DNA of 64,000 bases from NCBI GenBank assembly GCA_017461475.1, contig JAFTXX010000002.1, positions 17,127 to 81,126 of the forward strand. The letters are read 5' to 3'. The notes under the pieces are model-generated. The model was given only the letters and a program-made list of their open reading frames with translations, did no database searches and had not been told where the DNA came from. Positions 36,765 to 46,470 of the stretch are shown here, piece by piece. Both the position numbers and the translations under genes were made by a program. Source of the DNA: Clostridia bacterium (GTDB taxonomy: Bacteria; Bacillota; Clostridia; Oscillospirales; CAG-272). Each line of letters begins with the position of its first letter. The first letter of the stretch is position 1.

Positions 36765-38033
36765 ATGAAAAAGTTTTTGAGTTTTTTCTTCGCGGCTATT
36801 CTTTGTGTAATGATGGTTGCGGCAGTAAACGCGGCTGACATTTATGTAAATGACGGCGGTACGGGCGACGGTACAACCTCCGAAGCGCCTCTCGGCTCCA
36901 TGGACGACGCTATTGAAGCAATTGCGGCTGAAGGCGGCACTGTACATATCGTTGACACTTACACTTGCGCTGACCAGTACGTTGAGCCCGCTCACGCAGG
37001 TGACATCGTTATCACTGGCGGTAAGTATGTTTTCACCAATGGTTCTTTCAACCGTTGGTACCTCAGCGGCGAGGGTTCCACCACTTTTGAAAACATCACA
37101 TTTGAGTACGGCGCTGGCACAACCTCTCTTATCGTTTGCCAGTTCAATGACCTTATCATCGGCGAAAACGTTACTTTCCCCGGCACCTTCACACAAGGTG
37201 AGGGCGAAAGCGCAAAGGAAGTAACAGGTAAGTGCTACATTATCGGCGGTTATCAGTTCGCTTCCAAAGTCGGCGATGAAACCTTTGCTGACCTTAACTC
37301 TTTTATGGCAGCACAGGAATTTGCAACCGACCTTGATTCCCATGTTACCGTTAAGAGTGGCGACATCTGGTGCGTAGCAGGTTTCAGCCGTCAGGGCGAC
37401 ACCGTGGCTGACGAAGAGGGTAACAAGACGGTTCCTCACTTCAGCGGCACTGCGTACATCACTGTAGACGGCGGACATGTTTCCACTGTTTACGGCGGTA
37501 ACATCAATAACGATGCAACTGCAGCTAATGTTGATATCACTATTAACGGCGGTACTGTAGACACGGTTCGTCTCTCCTGCACCGATGATAAGATTTCTCC
37601 CATTACCGCAGATGCAACTCTCACCGTTAACAACGGTATCGTTACTTCTCTTATTATGAACAATGTTCTCGGTAAGACTGTTGTTAATATGAACGGCGGC
37701 TCTATCGGTCAGTCCGCTTATAAGATGGATGCAAGTCTTAACGAGCAGATTACCGACGGCACCACCACTCTTAACATTGCAGACGGTGTAACCGTTCTCC
37801 CCGGTCTTTCCATGAACTTCACAACCGTAAACGGCACTGTTTCGTCTCCGATTATCCCAGTTATCACCGACGAAGTAGTTGAGACCGAAAAAGTTGTAGA
37901 AACCACTGCTCCTGCCATCGACGATGTTGCAACTAATGAAGGCGGCATTAACCCCGTAGTAGTTGTTGTAATAGTAGTAGCAGTTATCGCAGTAGTTGCT
38001 GTAGTGGTTGTTGTTGCTAAGAAAAAGAAATAA
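36765..38033 (+). CDS. cell-surface beta-helix repeat protein with a C-terminal poly-Val transmembrane anchor (paralog 1)
   Basis: Signal peptide MKKFLSFFFAAILCVMMVAAVNA. N-[IM]-x-G-G-x repeats are present. The C-terminal INPVVVVVIVVAVIAVVAVVVVVAKKKK is followed by a stop and a terminator. Confidence 0.75.
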   Translation: MKKFLSFFFAAILCVMMVAAVNAADIYVNDGGTGDGTTSEAPLGSMDDAIEAIAAEGGTVHIVDTYTCADQYVEPAHAGDIVITGGKYVFTNGSFNRWYLSGEGSTTFENITFEYGAGTTSLIVCQFNDLIIGENVTFPGTFTQGEGESAKEVTGKCYIIGGYQFASKVGDETFADLNSFMAAQEFATDLDSHVTVKSGDIWCVAGFSRQGDTVADEEGNKTVPHFSGTAYITVDGGHVSTVYGGNINNDATAANVDITINGGTVDTVRLSCTDDKISPITADATLTVNNGIVTSLIMNNVLGKTVVNMNGGSIGQSAYKMDASLNEQITDGTTTLNIADGVTVLPGLSMNFTTVNGTVSSPIIPVITDEVVETEKVVETTAPAIDDVATNEGGINPVVVVVIVVAVIAVVAVVVVVAKKKK

Positions 38034-38040
38034 GTGAATG

Positions 38041-38077
38041 AAAAATAAGAGGCGCTTTGGGGCCTCTTATTTTTTTG
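38041..38077 (+). terminator. intrinsic terminator
   Basis: aataagaggc-gctttgg-gcctcttat followed by TTTTTT. The stem sequence is nearly the same as in the terminator at 39363. Confidence 0.75.
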
Positions 38078-38184
38078 TGTGTGCAAAAAAATAAACTAAA
38101 AAAACAAATACGATAATAAAATGTATGGAAAAATTGCATAAAGCATGATACAATTAACATATCAAATCTTATGGAGGTTTCATA

Positions 38185-39354
38185 ATGAAAAAACTTTTAA
38201 CCATACTTCTTGCAGCAGTTCTTTGCGTAATGATGGCAGTTGCAGTAAACGCAGCTGACGTTTATGTAACCGATGGCGGCGAAGGCGACGGCACTACCGC
38301 GGAGACTCCTATGGGCAGCCTTGAAGACGCAATTGCGTCCATTGCCGATGAGGGCGGCACCGTACATATCGTCAATACCTATTCCCACGATGGCGAATTC
38401 AGCGAGCCGGAGCATGCCGCACCTATTACCGTTACCGGCGGCGAATTCATTTTCGCAGGTGCAAAAAACCGTTGGTATCTTAACGGTGAAACCACTTTTG
38501 AAAACATCACCATAACCGCGGCTGACCCTTCAAAGGGTGCGGTTATCGTAGCACAGTTCAATCCCATTGTTATGGGCGAGGGAGTTACCGTTCCCGAAAA
38601 GACGTATCTTCTTGGCGGTCACCAACTTGACGGTATGGGAACCGATACCGCAGCCCTCATGGCTGATAAAGGCTGGCCTCTCGATAAGGATTCCTACATT
38701 ACTGTTAAGAGCGGTGTTTATCATGTAGTTTCCGGCTACAGTCGCGGTGCTTCCACTGCTATTTATACCGGTACTTCTCATTTAAATATTGAAGGCGGCA
38801 CAATCAACATGCTCCTTGGCGGTTCCTGCAACGGCAGTGCAGGACACAATGCCGAAATCAACATCTACGGCGGCGAAATCACTACACTTATGACTGCAGG
38901 TGACTCCACCCGCCGTCTCAACGGCGATTGCACCGTAAATATTTACGGCGGTTCTATTGCAACTCTTGATATCTGCAATATCATGGGCGTCGGTACTGTA
39001 AACATCAGCGGCGGTAACGTTGGTCAGGCTGCAAAGCGTGTTACCGCAGACGCACAGTACATGGTAGACGGTACAGTTACCCTCAATATCCTTGAGGGCG
39101 CAACCGTGCTCCCCGGCGTATCGATGGGATTTGACGTAGTAAACGGCGAAGTTTCTTCTCCCGTTATCAACATCCCTGGTATCACCGATGAAACCGAGGA
39201 AGTAGCAGAAACCACAGCTCCCGCGGCAGAAACAACAGAGGCACCTGCTGTCACCGAAGAAGGCGGTGTAAATCCCGTGGTTATCGTGGTAGTTGTCGTA
39301 GCGATAATCGCTGTGGTTGCCGTAGTAGTTGTAGTTGCAAAGAAAAAGAAATAA
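38185..39354 (+). CDS. cell-surface beta-helix repeat protein with a C-terminal poly-Val transmembrane anchor (paralog 2)
   Basis: Signal peptide MKKLLTILLAAVLCVMMAVAVNA. The N-terminus ADVYVTDGGEGDGTTAETPMGSLEDAIASIADEGGTVHIV is nearly identical to paralog 1. The C-terminus is VNPVVIVVVVVAIIAVVAVVVVVAKKKK. Confidence 0.75.
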   Translation: MKKLLTILLAAVLCVMMAVAVNAADVYVTDGGEGDGTTAETPMGSLEDAIASIADEGGTVHIVNTYSHDGEFSEPEHAAPITVTGGEFIFAGAKNRWYLNGETTFENITITAADPSKGAVIVAQFNPIVMGEGVTVPEKTYLLGGHQLDGMGTDTAALMADKGWPLDKDSYITVKSGVYHVVSGYSRGASTAIYTGTSHLNIEGGTINMLLGGSCNGSAGHNAEINIYGGEITTLMTAGDSTRRLNGDCTVNIYGGSIATLDICNIMGVGTVNISGGNVGQAAKRVTADAQYMVDGTVTLNILEGATVLPGVSMGFDVVNGEVSSPVINIPGITDETEEVAETTAPAAETTEAPAVTEEGGVNPVVIVVVVVAIIAVVAVVVVVAKKKK

Positions 39355-39362
39355 TCAAAGAT

Positions 39363-39397
39363 AAAAAATAAGAGGCTGTCGAGCCTCTTATTTTTTG
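39363..39397. terminator. bidirectional intrinsic terminator
   Basis: AAAAA-ataagaggc-tgtcga-gcctcttat-TTTTT between convergent genes. Confidence 0.75.
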
Positions 39398-39409
39398 CAA
39401 TTTATCATT

Positions 39410-40348
39410 TTACGACTTTTCATCAAACAGATTTGTTACGCCGTATGGCTCATAATCGCTGAAATATATGCGTTCACAGCCGATTATGCGTTCTTCCTTG
39501 TCAATGTAGTATTCCACCACATCCGACTTTATAAATCTGTTGCAGTCTGCGAAAAATTGTACCGTAACGGTGGTAACACCTTCCTTTTCTTCTTCGCCAA
39601 TCACCGCAAAATCTGTAACACCCATATGTATGTCACGCTTGATGTAAAGCTGCTTATCTTTTACTTCGTAAAGTTCACCGAACAAATCTTCATTGACCAC
39701 AACTCCGAGCTTGTCTGACAATAGCTCCTTGAACTTGTAGTCAAGAATTTTGCCGTCTTCGCCGTATCTGTCTATGAAATAATTTAGCGCTGTAAGCTGC
39801 ATTTCATCGGTAGCTTTGCCGTATTCGGGAACCGACCAACTGTATGTTGCGTTTATCCAGTCGCACACGGCTTCGGATGCAGAGGATAAAACAGTTACCT
39901 CGTTTTTCAAAAACGTAGGCGCCGCACTGTCAAATGTCATGTAGCAGTCAACTGCGTCGGTGACAATGGTTTTGTATTCTCCGATAGGCAAAGTTTCAAG
40001 TTTGGACTCGGTTACGGTAAAGTTAAAAGCAAGACTGTACCCGTAAACCTCTTCGTCGCGTATCATCTGCCACTTTCCGAGTTTAACCGTTTCAAACTCC
40101 GCAAATTTTGAGTTTCCTTCGATAAACATCAAGAGAAAACTCTTGCAGTTGTCGGTGAAATTTCCGTCGTAGTTGAAGTTTGCCCATTCTTGCATCGAGG
40201 TTATAGTAATGCGCTCGCCCTCTTTGATATAAGTCGGCTCACTGCTTGTTTCTGTTACGGTGTCGGCCGTGGCAGCCACATCTTTTTCATCGCATGACGC
40301 AAACAATAACGCGGCGCAAAGTATTGATAAAAATAATGTTTTTCTCAT
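39410..40348 (-). CDS. lipoprotein, unknown function
   Basis: MRKTLFLSILCAALLFASC lipobox, with an ATG at 40348. Confidence 0.55.
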   Translation of the reverse strand: MRKTLFLSILCAALLFASCDEKDVAATADTVTETSSEPTYIKEGERITITSMQEWANFNYDGNFTDNCKSFLLMFIEGNSKFAEFETVKLGKWQMIRDEEVYGYSLAFNFTVTESKLETLPIGEYKTIVTDAVDCYMTFDSAAPTFLKNEVTVLSSASEAVCDWINATYSWSVPEYGKATDEMQLTALNYFIDRYGEDGKILDYKFKELLSDKLGVVVNEDLFGELYEVKDKQLYIKRDIHMGVTDFAVIGEEEKEGVTTVTVQFFADCNRFIKSDVVEYYIDKEERIIGCERIYFSDYEPYGVTNLFDEKS

Positions 40349-40399
40349 GGTGTCCTCCAAGAAAAGTTAACATCATTTTATCATACTTGCGCCGCTTTT

Positions 40400-41695
40400 T
40401 CAACTCTTTTTAATGTCCTTTGCCGCGGGATTGTCAATAAGTTTGCCGTCACTCCGAAAACGTGAGCCGTGGCATGGGCAGTCCCATGTCTTTTCTGCCT
40501 TGTTCCACTTCAGCGCACATCCGAGATGCGGACACCGCGGAGTTGAAAACCGTAACAAATTTGCTGTAGTTTCAAATGCGTTTATCGCAAGCTGCTTTGT
40601 AAACATAGACCGCGACGGCGAGAAAAGGGAAGCGTATTCGTTCTCTTTTTCACAAATCATATCCGCGATAATTTCCGCCGCGACCATTGCTGATGTCATG
40701 CCCCATTTGTTAAATCCCGTCGCCACATACATCCGCGGCGTGTTTTTTGAGTAACGTCCGATATACGGTATTCCGTCAAGCGTCACACAGTCCTGATTTG
40801 CCCACTTATAAACCGCTTTTGCTTTTGGAAAATGCCGCTCGGCAATGCTTTTTGCCTCGCTCCAAGCGGGGCTTTTCTTTCCCGTGCGACAACTTCCGCC
40901 GCCTATCAGCAAAAAATCATCGAAGTTGCGAAAAGACAGTCCGCTTTTACTGCCGTCAACATACATTCCGTCAACTTTTCCGCCGTCAAACGCAGTAACA
41001 TATGAGCGCTCCTGGTACATCTTCAAAAAATACAGTCCGCGGCTGTTGATAAAAGGGAAGTGCGTCGCAATTACAATGCTGCCCGCAGTAATCTTTCCGC
41101 CTGAGGTGATTGCCACCGTGCCTTCGATTTCATAAACCTCGGTGTTTTCGTAAATATTCAGTCCTTTCGCAATCCCCTCCGCAAATTTCAACGGGTGAAA
41201 CTGCGCTTGACCTTTAAACCTTATTGCTCCCGCGACTGGGAACGGCAGAGATGTTTTGTTTGTAAATTCCGCACCCGAGCCGATAAAATCGAGTGCTTTT
41301 AACTCACTGCCAATCTCACGCAGCCCGTCTCGCATAAACACATATGCGTCCTGTTCTTCGAAGTCACACTCAATTTCTTTACTGAGCACTCTGTATTTTG
41401 CTATTGCTCCCTCGTTCGCATCAAAATATAACTTTGCTGCATCCGCACCGCCGCTTTTTATTAACTTGTCATAAATCAAACCGTGTTGTGACGTTATTTT
41501 TGCCGTGGTGTTTTTGGTAATCCCGCCGCATATATTTTTTGCCTCGGCAACTACGCACTCCACCCCACGAGCAGTAAGCTCATGCGCAATTAAAAGTCCT
41601 GCAATACCGCCGCCGACAATAAGCACATCCGTTTTTATATCGCCGCAAAGTTTAGGAAAACGCGGCATAGAAAAATCCGACCAAATTGATTTCAT
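40400..41695 (-). CDS. FAD-dependent oxidoreductase fused to a C-terminal Rieske [2Fe-2S] domain (YhfW-like architecture)
   Basis: The dinucleotide-binding motif VLIVGGGIAGL is near the N-terminus. The Rieske motifs CPHLGC and CPCHGS are at the C-terminus. Confidence 0.8.
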   Translation of the reverse strand: MKSIWSDFSMPRFPKLCGDIKTDVLIVGGGIAGLLIAHELTARGVECVVAEAKNICGGITKNTTAKITSQHGLIYDKLIKSGGADAAKLYFDANEGAIAKYRVLSKEIECDFEEQDAYVFMRDGLREIGSELKALDFIGSGAEFTNKTSLPFPVAGAIRFKGQAQFHPLKFAEGIAKGLNIYENTEVYEIEGTVAITSGGKITAGSIVIATHFPFINSRGLYFLKMYQERSYVTAFDGGKVDGMYVDGSKSGLSFRNFDDFLLIGGGSCRTGKKSPAWSEAKSIAERHFPKAKAVYKWANQDCVTLDGIPYIGRYSKNTPRMYVATGFNKWGMTSAMVAAEIIADMICEKENEYASLFSPSRSMFTKQLAINAFETTANLLRFSTPRCPHLGCALKWNKAEKTWDCPCHGSRFRSDGKLIDNPAAKDIKKS

Positions 41696-41752
41696 ACTTT
41701 CACCTCTGTGTTAGTATGTTCAATTTGGTCGGATTAATTTATTTATGAAAAA

Positions 41753-43024
41753 TTATACGCCGTACACCAGCCAGATGTAAATGTAGGCGGGGATGATAGC
41801 AGCAAGCGTGAAAGGAATACCTATCTTAAAGAAGTCGCTGTTTTTAACAGTGTAGCCTTCTTTGCGAAGAATACCGATACCGGTGATATTTGCCGACGCG
41901 CCGATAGGTGTGCAGTTGCCTCCGAGAGTAGCACCGGAAAGCAAACCAAAGTAGAGCACTGTCGGGTCAATGTTAAGAGTTGCAGCGATACCGCCGATAA
42001 CAGGAATCATAGTCGCAACATATGGAATGTTGTCAATAAACGCCGAAATAACAACAGATGCCCACACAACAGCAGTGTAAAGTATAAATACATTACCGCC
42101 GCCAAGACTTGCAAGCAGATTTGCTGCAGTTTTGATAACACCCTGAGCTTCGATGCCGCCAATCATAAGGAACAGACCGAGCAAAAGACCGATAGTTTCA
42201 AAGTCAATTTCCTTAAGCGGAGCGGTAATCGCGGAAATATTGCGCTTTTTGATAAAGTTGTAAATCAAACCGACAACAAGCAAAGCGCAGCAGATAAGAC
42301 CGTTTGTGATGTCAGGCTTGTTCTCAATAAACGACGCGCAGATAAGGAGCGCTATAGCACCCACAAGCAAAACCGTGGGGACATAATCGGTAACCTTTGT
42401 GCGACTATTGGACTTGGGAATAGGCGATTTTTCTTTGCGGAACAGAAAAGCGAGAATAATTGCTGAAAGTATTGCTCCGAGTTCAACAGCAAAGAAAATA
42501 CTGGGGCGTCCGTTGTACCAGAAGAAGTCAGTGAAACTCATATCAAGCGCCGAGCCGAGCATGATAGCGGTTGTATCACCCACAAGCGTAGCCGCCCCCT
42601 GCAAGTTGGATGAAACCGCAATGCTGATGATAAACGGAACGGGATTGGTATTGAACTTCTTGCAGATTTCAAGTGCTACGGGAGCGACCATAAGTACAGT
42701 CGCAACATTGTCAACAAAAGCGGAAATCACGCCGGCAAACAGCGCCATTGCAACAGCCGCCCACTGAACATTAGGAACTTTGTCCATAACGATATCGGCG
42801 AGCAGAGAGGGCATCTTGCTCTCGACAAACAAAGAAACAAGCCCCATCGTTCCCGCAATCATGAGGAGCACGTTAAAGTCGATAGAGCCGAAAATATCAC
42901 CTATGGGAAGCATGCCTGAAACAATAAATATCAGCGCGGATGCAAGCGCAATGTACGGACGGTATTTGCTGAAAGCGAGCATAAGCACATATGTAACGGC
43001 AAATAGAATAATAGCTGGTATCAA
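41753..43024 (-). CDS. ArsB/NhaD-superfamily anion permease
   Basis: Polytopic protein with the duplicated motifs AFVDNVATVLMVAPV and AFIDNIPYVATMIPV. A TTG start at 43024 lies 7 nt after GGAGGA; the upstream ATG at 43084 has no ribosome-binding site. Confidence 0.7.
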   Translation of the reverse strand: MIPAIILFAVTYVLMLAFSKYRPYIALASALIFIVSGMLPIGDIFGSIDFNVLLMIAGTMGLVSLFVESKMPSLLADIVMDKVPNVQWAAVAMALFAGVISAFVDNVATVLMVAPVALEICKKFNTNPVPFIISIAVSSNLQGAATLVGDTTAIMLGSALDMSFTDFFWYNGRPSIFFAVELGAILSAIILAFLFRKEKSPIPKSNSRTKVTDYVPTVLLVGAIALLICASFIENKPDITNGLICCALLVVGLIYNFIKKRNISAITAPLKEIDFETIGLLLGLFLMIGGIEAQGVIKTAANLLASLGGGNVFILYTAVVWASVVISAFIDNIPYVATMIPVIGGIAATLNIDPTVLYFGLLSGATLGGNCTPIGASANITGIGILRKEGYTVKNSDFFKIGIPFTLAAIIPAYIYIWLVYGV

Positions 43025-43208
43025 TATGTTGTCCTCCGTTAAGAAACTTATGTATATTATCGCAGTTTTTTTTACAATTTGCAAGAGTTTTGATAAAAAA
43101 ACGCATTACAAGGTCAAAAAAATACCGAATAGGGGCAGTTTATGTCGAATGCTAAGAATTTAATGTAAAATAATTTCACAATTGAATTTTATCGGGAGGT
43201 TTACCAAA

Positions 43209-43730
43209 ATGAGCACGAACGTTGAAAACGCAAAAACATTTGACCTTGCCCTCGCATTAAAAATTTTGAAAGAAAATCACATCACGGATTTTATTACCGC
43301 GGCGGAAATTGAAAAGCGGCAGGATATATGCGATATAGAAACGTTGTTTACCGTGCTTGAAGAAGAAGGCCGTCCCGTTTCTTATGAGATACGCATTGAC
43401 GTAAAAGATATTTATGGTATAATATATGAAGAAAATGTTTCTGTCGAAAACTATAAAACTATTGTTCTGCGCGCACCCAACAGCGTGAGGAGAATGATAA
43501 GCAAATGGAATCCGCCAACCGAAACGCAGATGAAAATAGGGGATGCGGTAAATGATATTTATCGCCGCATTACGGAAAAAATCATAGGCGAGTATTATTA
43601 TTACACCGGTCGAAGCAATATCAAAGGGGAAAAAGGGAAATACGCCTACAAACTTATTGTCAGCGACAGAAATGCGATATTTGTAAATTTGCATAGCCGA
43701 ATTGCGCATCAAGTTTTGATAAAAAGATAA
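43209..43730 (+). CDS. hypothetical soluble protein, first gene of the LytTR regulator/kinase operon
   Basis: GGGAGG ribosome-binding site 9 nt upstream of the ATG at 43209. The stop is 10 nt before the response regulator start. I recognise no motif. Confidence 0.5.
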   Translation: MSTNVENAKTFDLALALKILKENHITDFITAAEIEKRQDICDIETLFTVLEEEGRPVSYEIRIDVKDIYGIIYEENVSVENYKTIVLRAPNSVRRMISKWNPPTETQMKIGDAVNDIYRRITEKIIGEYYYYTGRSNIKGEKGKYAYKLIVSDRNAIFVNLHSRIAHQVLIKR

Positions 43731-43740
43731 GGAGACGACT

Positions 43741-44460
43741 ATGCTTAATTGTGCCGTTTGTGACGATGACAAGAATATCGCAGATTCTGTAGCCTCCGTT
43801 ATAAAGACCGTCCTCGGCGAGAATAAATGTGTCGGAAATGTCTGTTCATACAACGATTCCCGCCTGTTTGTATCGGATATAATGGAGTATAAGCCGCTTG
43901 ACCTCGTTGTAACTGATATAGAAATGCCGTTTTTTAACGGTATGCAGATTGCCGTTGAGATTAAAAAGCGTTTTCCGGAGTGTTGTATTATTTTTTTGAC
44001 ATCGCACTCAAAATATGCAATAGAGTCTTTTGAACTGCAGATTTTCCGATATGCGCGAAAAAGTGATATCGAAACCAAGTTGCCTATGTACATCAAAGAA
44101 GCATTGACGATGCTTACATTGCAGGACGGTTGCGTTTATATTGTTCCAAAAAGCGAGAAATGCGAAAGACTGCCGTATAATCAAATTCTGTGCATAAAAA
44201 AAGACGGTAAGTATTCTACTATTGTCTGCATTGACAACCGTGAGATTCGCATAAGAAAACCGCTTTACAATGTGGCAAAAGAGCTTGACAGCGAGGAGTT
44301 TTTTATGATCGATCGCAGTTGTATTGTAAACGTTGCGATGATAATCCGTGTCGCAGAGCGCGAAGTCGTGTGTAAAAATGGCGTTCATTTGCCAATTAGC
44401 CGTTCAAAATTGACAGAAACCAAAACTAAAGTAGCTCTGTATTGGGGTGGCAAATTATGA
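43741..44460 (+). CDS. LytTR-family response regulator (AgrA-like)
   Basis: Receiver domain (CDDD..., LVVTDIEMP) plus a C-terminal LytTR domain (ILCIKKDGKYSTIVCIDNREIRIRKPL...FFMIDRSCIVN). Confidence 0.85.
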   Translation: MLNCAVCDDDKNIADSVASVIKTVLGENKCVGNVCSYNDSRLFVSDIMEYKPLDLVVTDIEMPFFNGMQIAVEIKKRFPECCIIFLTSHSKYAIESFELQIFRYARKSDIETKLPMYIKEALTMLTLQDGCVYIVPKSEKCERLPYNQILCIKKDGKYSTIVCIDNREIRIRKPLYNVAKELDSEEFFMIDRSCIVNVAMIIRVAEREVVCKNGVHLPISRSKLTETKTKVALYWGGKL

Positions 44461-45785
44461 GTTTGGTTTATAGTGCATCGGAGTATATAACTTCATTTGT
44501 TGAGTGTTATATACTCATCTGCATTTTCGGTAAGTTTTTCAATCGAAGAGCTTCTAAAAAGTTAAATACTTTTTTGCAAGTCGTTTGCAGCGTCGCCGTA
44601 ATGATATTTACGGTGTGGATGAATTCGGATGCGCTGTTTTCACTTTATACGCTTCATATATGGATAATTACTATGGCGTTTATAGGCGCCGTGCTGTATC
44701 AGGCAAACTTTTTGAAAACGCTTTGTGTGTCTATTCTCTATATGGTGCTTTTGTGTGCCTCAGACCTTTTCGGTCTTGCGGTCATTGAGCTTTTGTTCGG
44801 CGCAAAGGGACTTACACTTACGGTGATAACCAAGGTAGGCTCGCTTCGCACGGCATACAGTCTGACTGTAAAAATTTTGTTGGTAATTTTTTATTTTGTT
44901 GCATTCCGTAAAAATAAAAAATACGAGTTCGAAATAAAAACCGCGGTGGGACTTTCGGTCTACGGATACTTTTTCTTTTCGGGGCTGCAAAGCATGGTAA
45001 ACTCTATTGTGACAAACAGCATAACCGATATGCGTCGCTCGGTATTGCTTTCGCTTGTTTTTGTCATGCTTTTTATGGTTAGCGTTTTTGTAATGCTTAG
45101 CATCAACAGCAAACTTAAGCAGGAAAAACTCGAAAATCGCATAATCACAACGCGCATAGAGGTGCTTGAAAACAACAATAAGCAGTTGAATGATGCGTAT
45201 AAAGAAATTGCAAAGATGTCGCATGATTACGGCAATCAGTTCCGCATGGTTACGGTGATGGCACAAAACGGTAGATTCAGCGAGCTTGCTGAATACCTCT
45301 GTGAGATCAAGGATGATTTCAAAAGTGTGAAAATTCTTTCATACACGGCAATAGACAGCATCGATGCCGCAATAAACATCAAAGTGCATGCGGCGGAGTC
45401 TAAGAATATAGCAATAGACGTATCTGCTTCATATCCCGGGACCATAAATGTACGGCATGTAGATATTTGCGCCGTAATAGTAAATTTGCTTGATAACGCT
45501 ATTGAAGCGTGCGAAAAGATAGAAGATGCCGCTTTAAGATACATAAAGCTCAGCATTACATCAATAGGCGAAATGATTGTTATAAAAGTGGAAAATTCTC
45601 ATTGCGAAAAGCTTCCGGAAATGTATGATACAGTCGAGCTTCAAACAACAAAACCGGACAGCCACTCGCACGGATATGGTATGCAGATAGTTGATGCCAT
45701 AGCGAAAAAATATAACGGTTCTTTTGAGATAAATTATAAAGAAAACACGTTTGCGGCAATAGCAATGCTGACATGCGACAGTTAA
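44457..45785 (+). CDS. AgrC-like (HPK10-type) sensor histidine kinase
   Basis: About 6 N-terminal transmembrane helices, H-box SHDYGNQF, N-box LLDNAIEA and GYGMQIV. The ATG overlaps the response regulator stop (ATGA). Confidence 0.85.
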   Translation: MSLVYSASEYITSFVECYILICIFGKFFNRRASKKLNTFLQVVCSVAVMIFTVWMNSDALFSLYTLHIWIITMAFIGAVLYQANFLKTLCVSILYMVLLCASDLFGLAVIELLFGAKGLTLTVITKVGSLRTAYSLTVKILLVIFYFVAFRKNKKYEFEIKTAVGLSVYGYFFFSGLQSMVNSIVTNSITDMRRSVLLSLVFVMLFMVSVFVMLSINSKLKQEKLENRIITTRIEVLENNNKQLNDAYKEIAKMSHDYGNQFRMVTVMAQNGRFSELAEYLCEIKDDFKSVKILSYTAIDSIDAAINIKVHAAESKNIAIDVSASYPGTINVRHVDICAVIVNLLDNAIEACEKIEDAALRYIKLSITSIGEMIVIKVENSHCEKLPEMYDTVELQTTKPDSHSHGYGMQIVDAIAKKYNGSFEINYKENTFAAIAMLTCDS

Positions 45786-45804
45786 CGGTCAAAAAACAAC
45801 CAAT

Positions 45805-45838
45805 AGAGGACAAAGTGTGCACTTTGCCCTCTTTTTTG
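45805..45838 (+). terminator. intrinsic terminator between the kinase gene and agrB
   Basis: agaggacaaagt-gtgc-actttgccctct followed by TTTTTT. Confidence 0.75.
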
Positions 45839-45864
45839 GTATTTTATAGGTGGTGATATAATTT

Positions 45865-46470
45865 ATGGAAAAACTTGCAGAGAGATTTGCCGACAGGCTT
45901 GTGCTCAAAAATATTTGCACGCTGGAAGAGAAACCGCTGTATGTATATGGCATGACACTTTTTTTAACTACAGCGCTTGTTATGCTCAGCATTGTTACTT
46001 TGTCGATAGTGCTTTTTGATGTAAGGTACGGAGTTTTGTATGTTGTTATGTTTCCGATGCTCCGCGTTTGCGTCGGAGGATATCATTGCAAAACATACGC
46101 GTCTTGCTTTGTTGTTTCAAATATAATTTTTGTTGCAGATGCTTTTTTTGCAGTATTTATCTGCGGCATGCCTGCTATGTGGTCCGCATTAATATCCGTT
46201 TCAATAATGCTTGTATCGGCAGCGTATATCATCTGCAATGCCCCCATATCCAATCCTAAAAACCCATTGCTCCAAAAGCGAAAAGAAAAAAACAGAAAGA
46301 AAGCGATTATTCGAACCACGGCATTGACCGCAACTTCGGTTGCGTGCGCACTTGCTGCGTTAAAATTTCCCGCATTTCTGTATGTTTCATCAACCGCGGC
46401 TTCGGTTGAATTTACCGTGGCATTATTAATGATAATAGAAACGATTAAACAGAAAGGAGAAAAAACATGA
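45865..46470 (+). CDS. agrB: AgrB-family autoinducer-processing membrane peptidase
   Basis: Polytopic 201-aa protein. LRVCVGGYHCKTYASCF has His and Cys 7 residues apart, the same spacing as the catalytic H77/C84 of S. aureus AgrB. Confidence 0.85.
   Translation: MEKLAERFADRLVLKNICTLEEKPLYVYGMTLFLTTALVMLSIVTLSIVLFDVRYGVLYVVMFPMLRVCVGGYHCKTYASCFVVSNIIFVADAFFAVFICGMPAMWSALISVSIMLVSAAYIICNAPISNPKNPLLQKRKEKNRKKAIIRTTALTATSVACALAALKFPAFLYVSSTAASVEFTVALLMIIETIKQKGEKT

Noticed and set aside
33326-36841. Two very long minus-strand ORFs (33326-35230, 634 aa; 35312-36841, 509 aa) opposite the DUF5107/TPR gene.
   Set aside because: They are antisense shadows of a well-supported + strand gene. Their translations are low-complexity (rich in V, N, F, C and L), they have no ribosome-binding site, and they run through the promoter and terminator regions.
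43122-43150. Possible LytTR (AgrA-type) direct repeats, CGAATAGGG and CGAATGCTA, upstream of the agr-like operon.
   Set aside because: Only a 5-nt core is shared, the spacing is 20 nt rather than 21 nt, and there is no resemblance to known AgrA boxes. No comparable pair precedes agrB, so the evidence is too weak to report.
45840-45864. A TATAAT hexamer (gtgaTATAATtt) immediately before the agrB ATG as the agrBD promoter.
   Set aside because: The -10 would end only 2 nt before the start codon, so transcription would begin inside the ORF unless the true start codon lies further downstream. I could not resolve this without transcription start site data.
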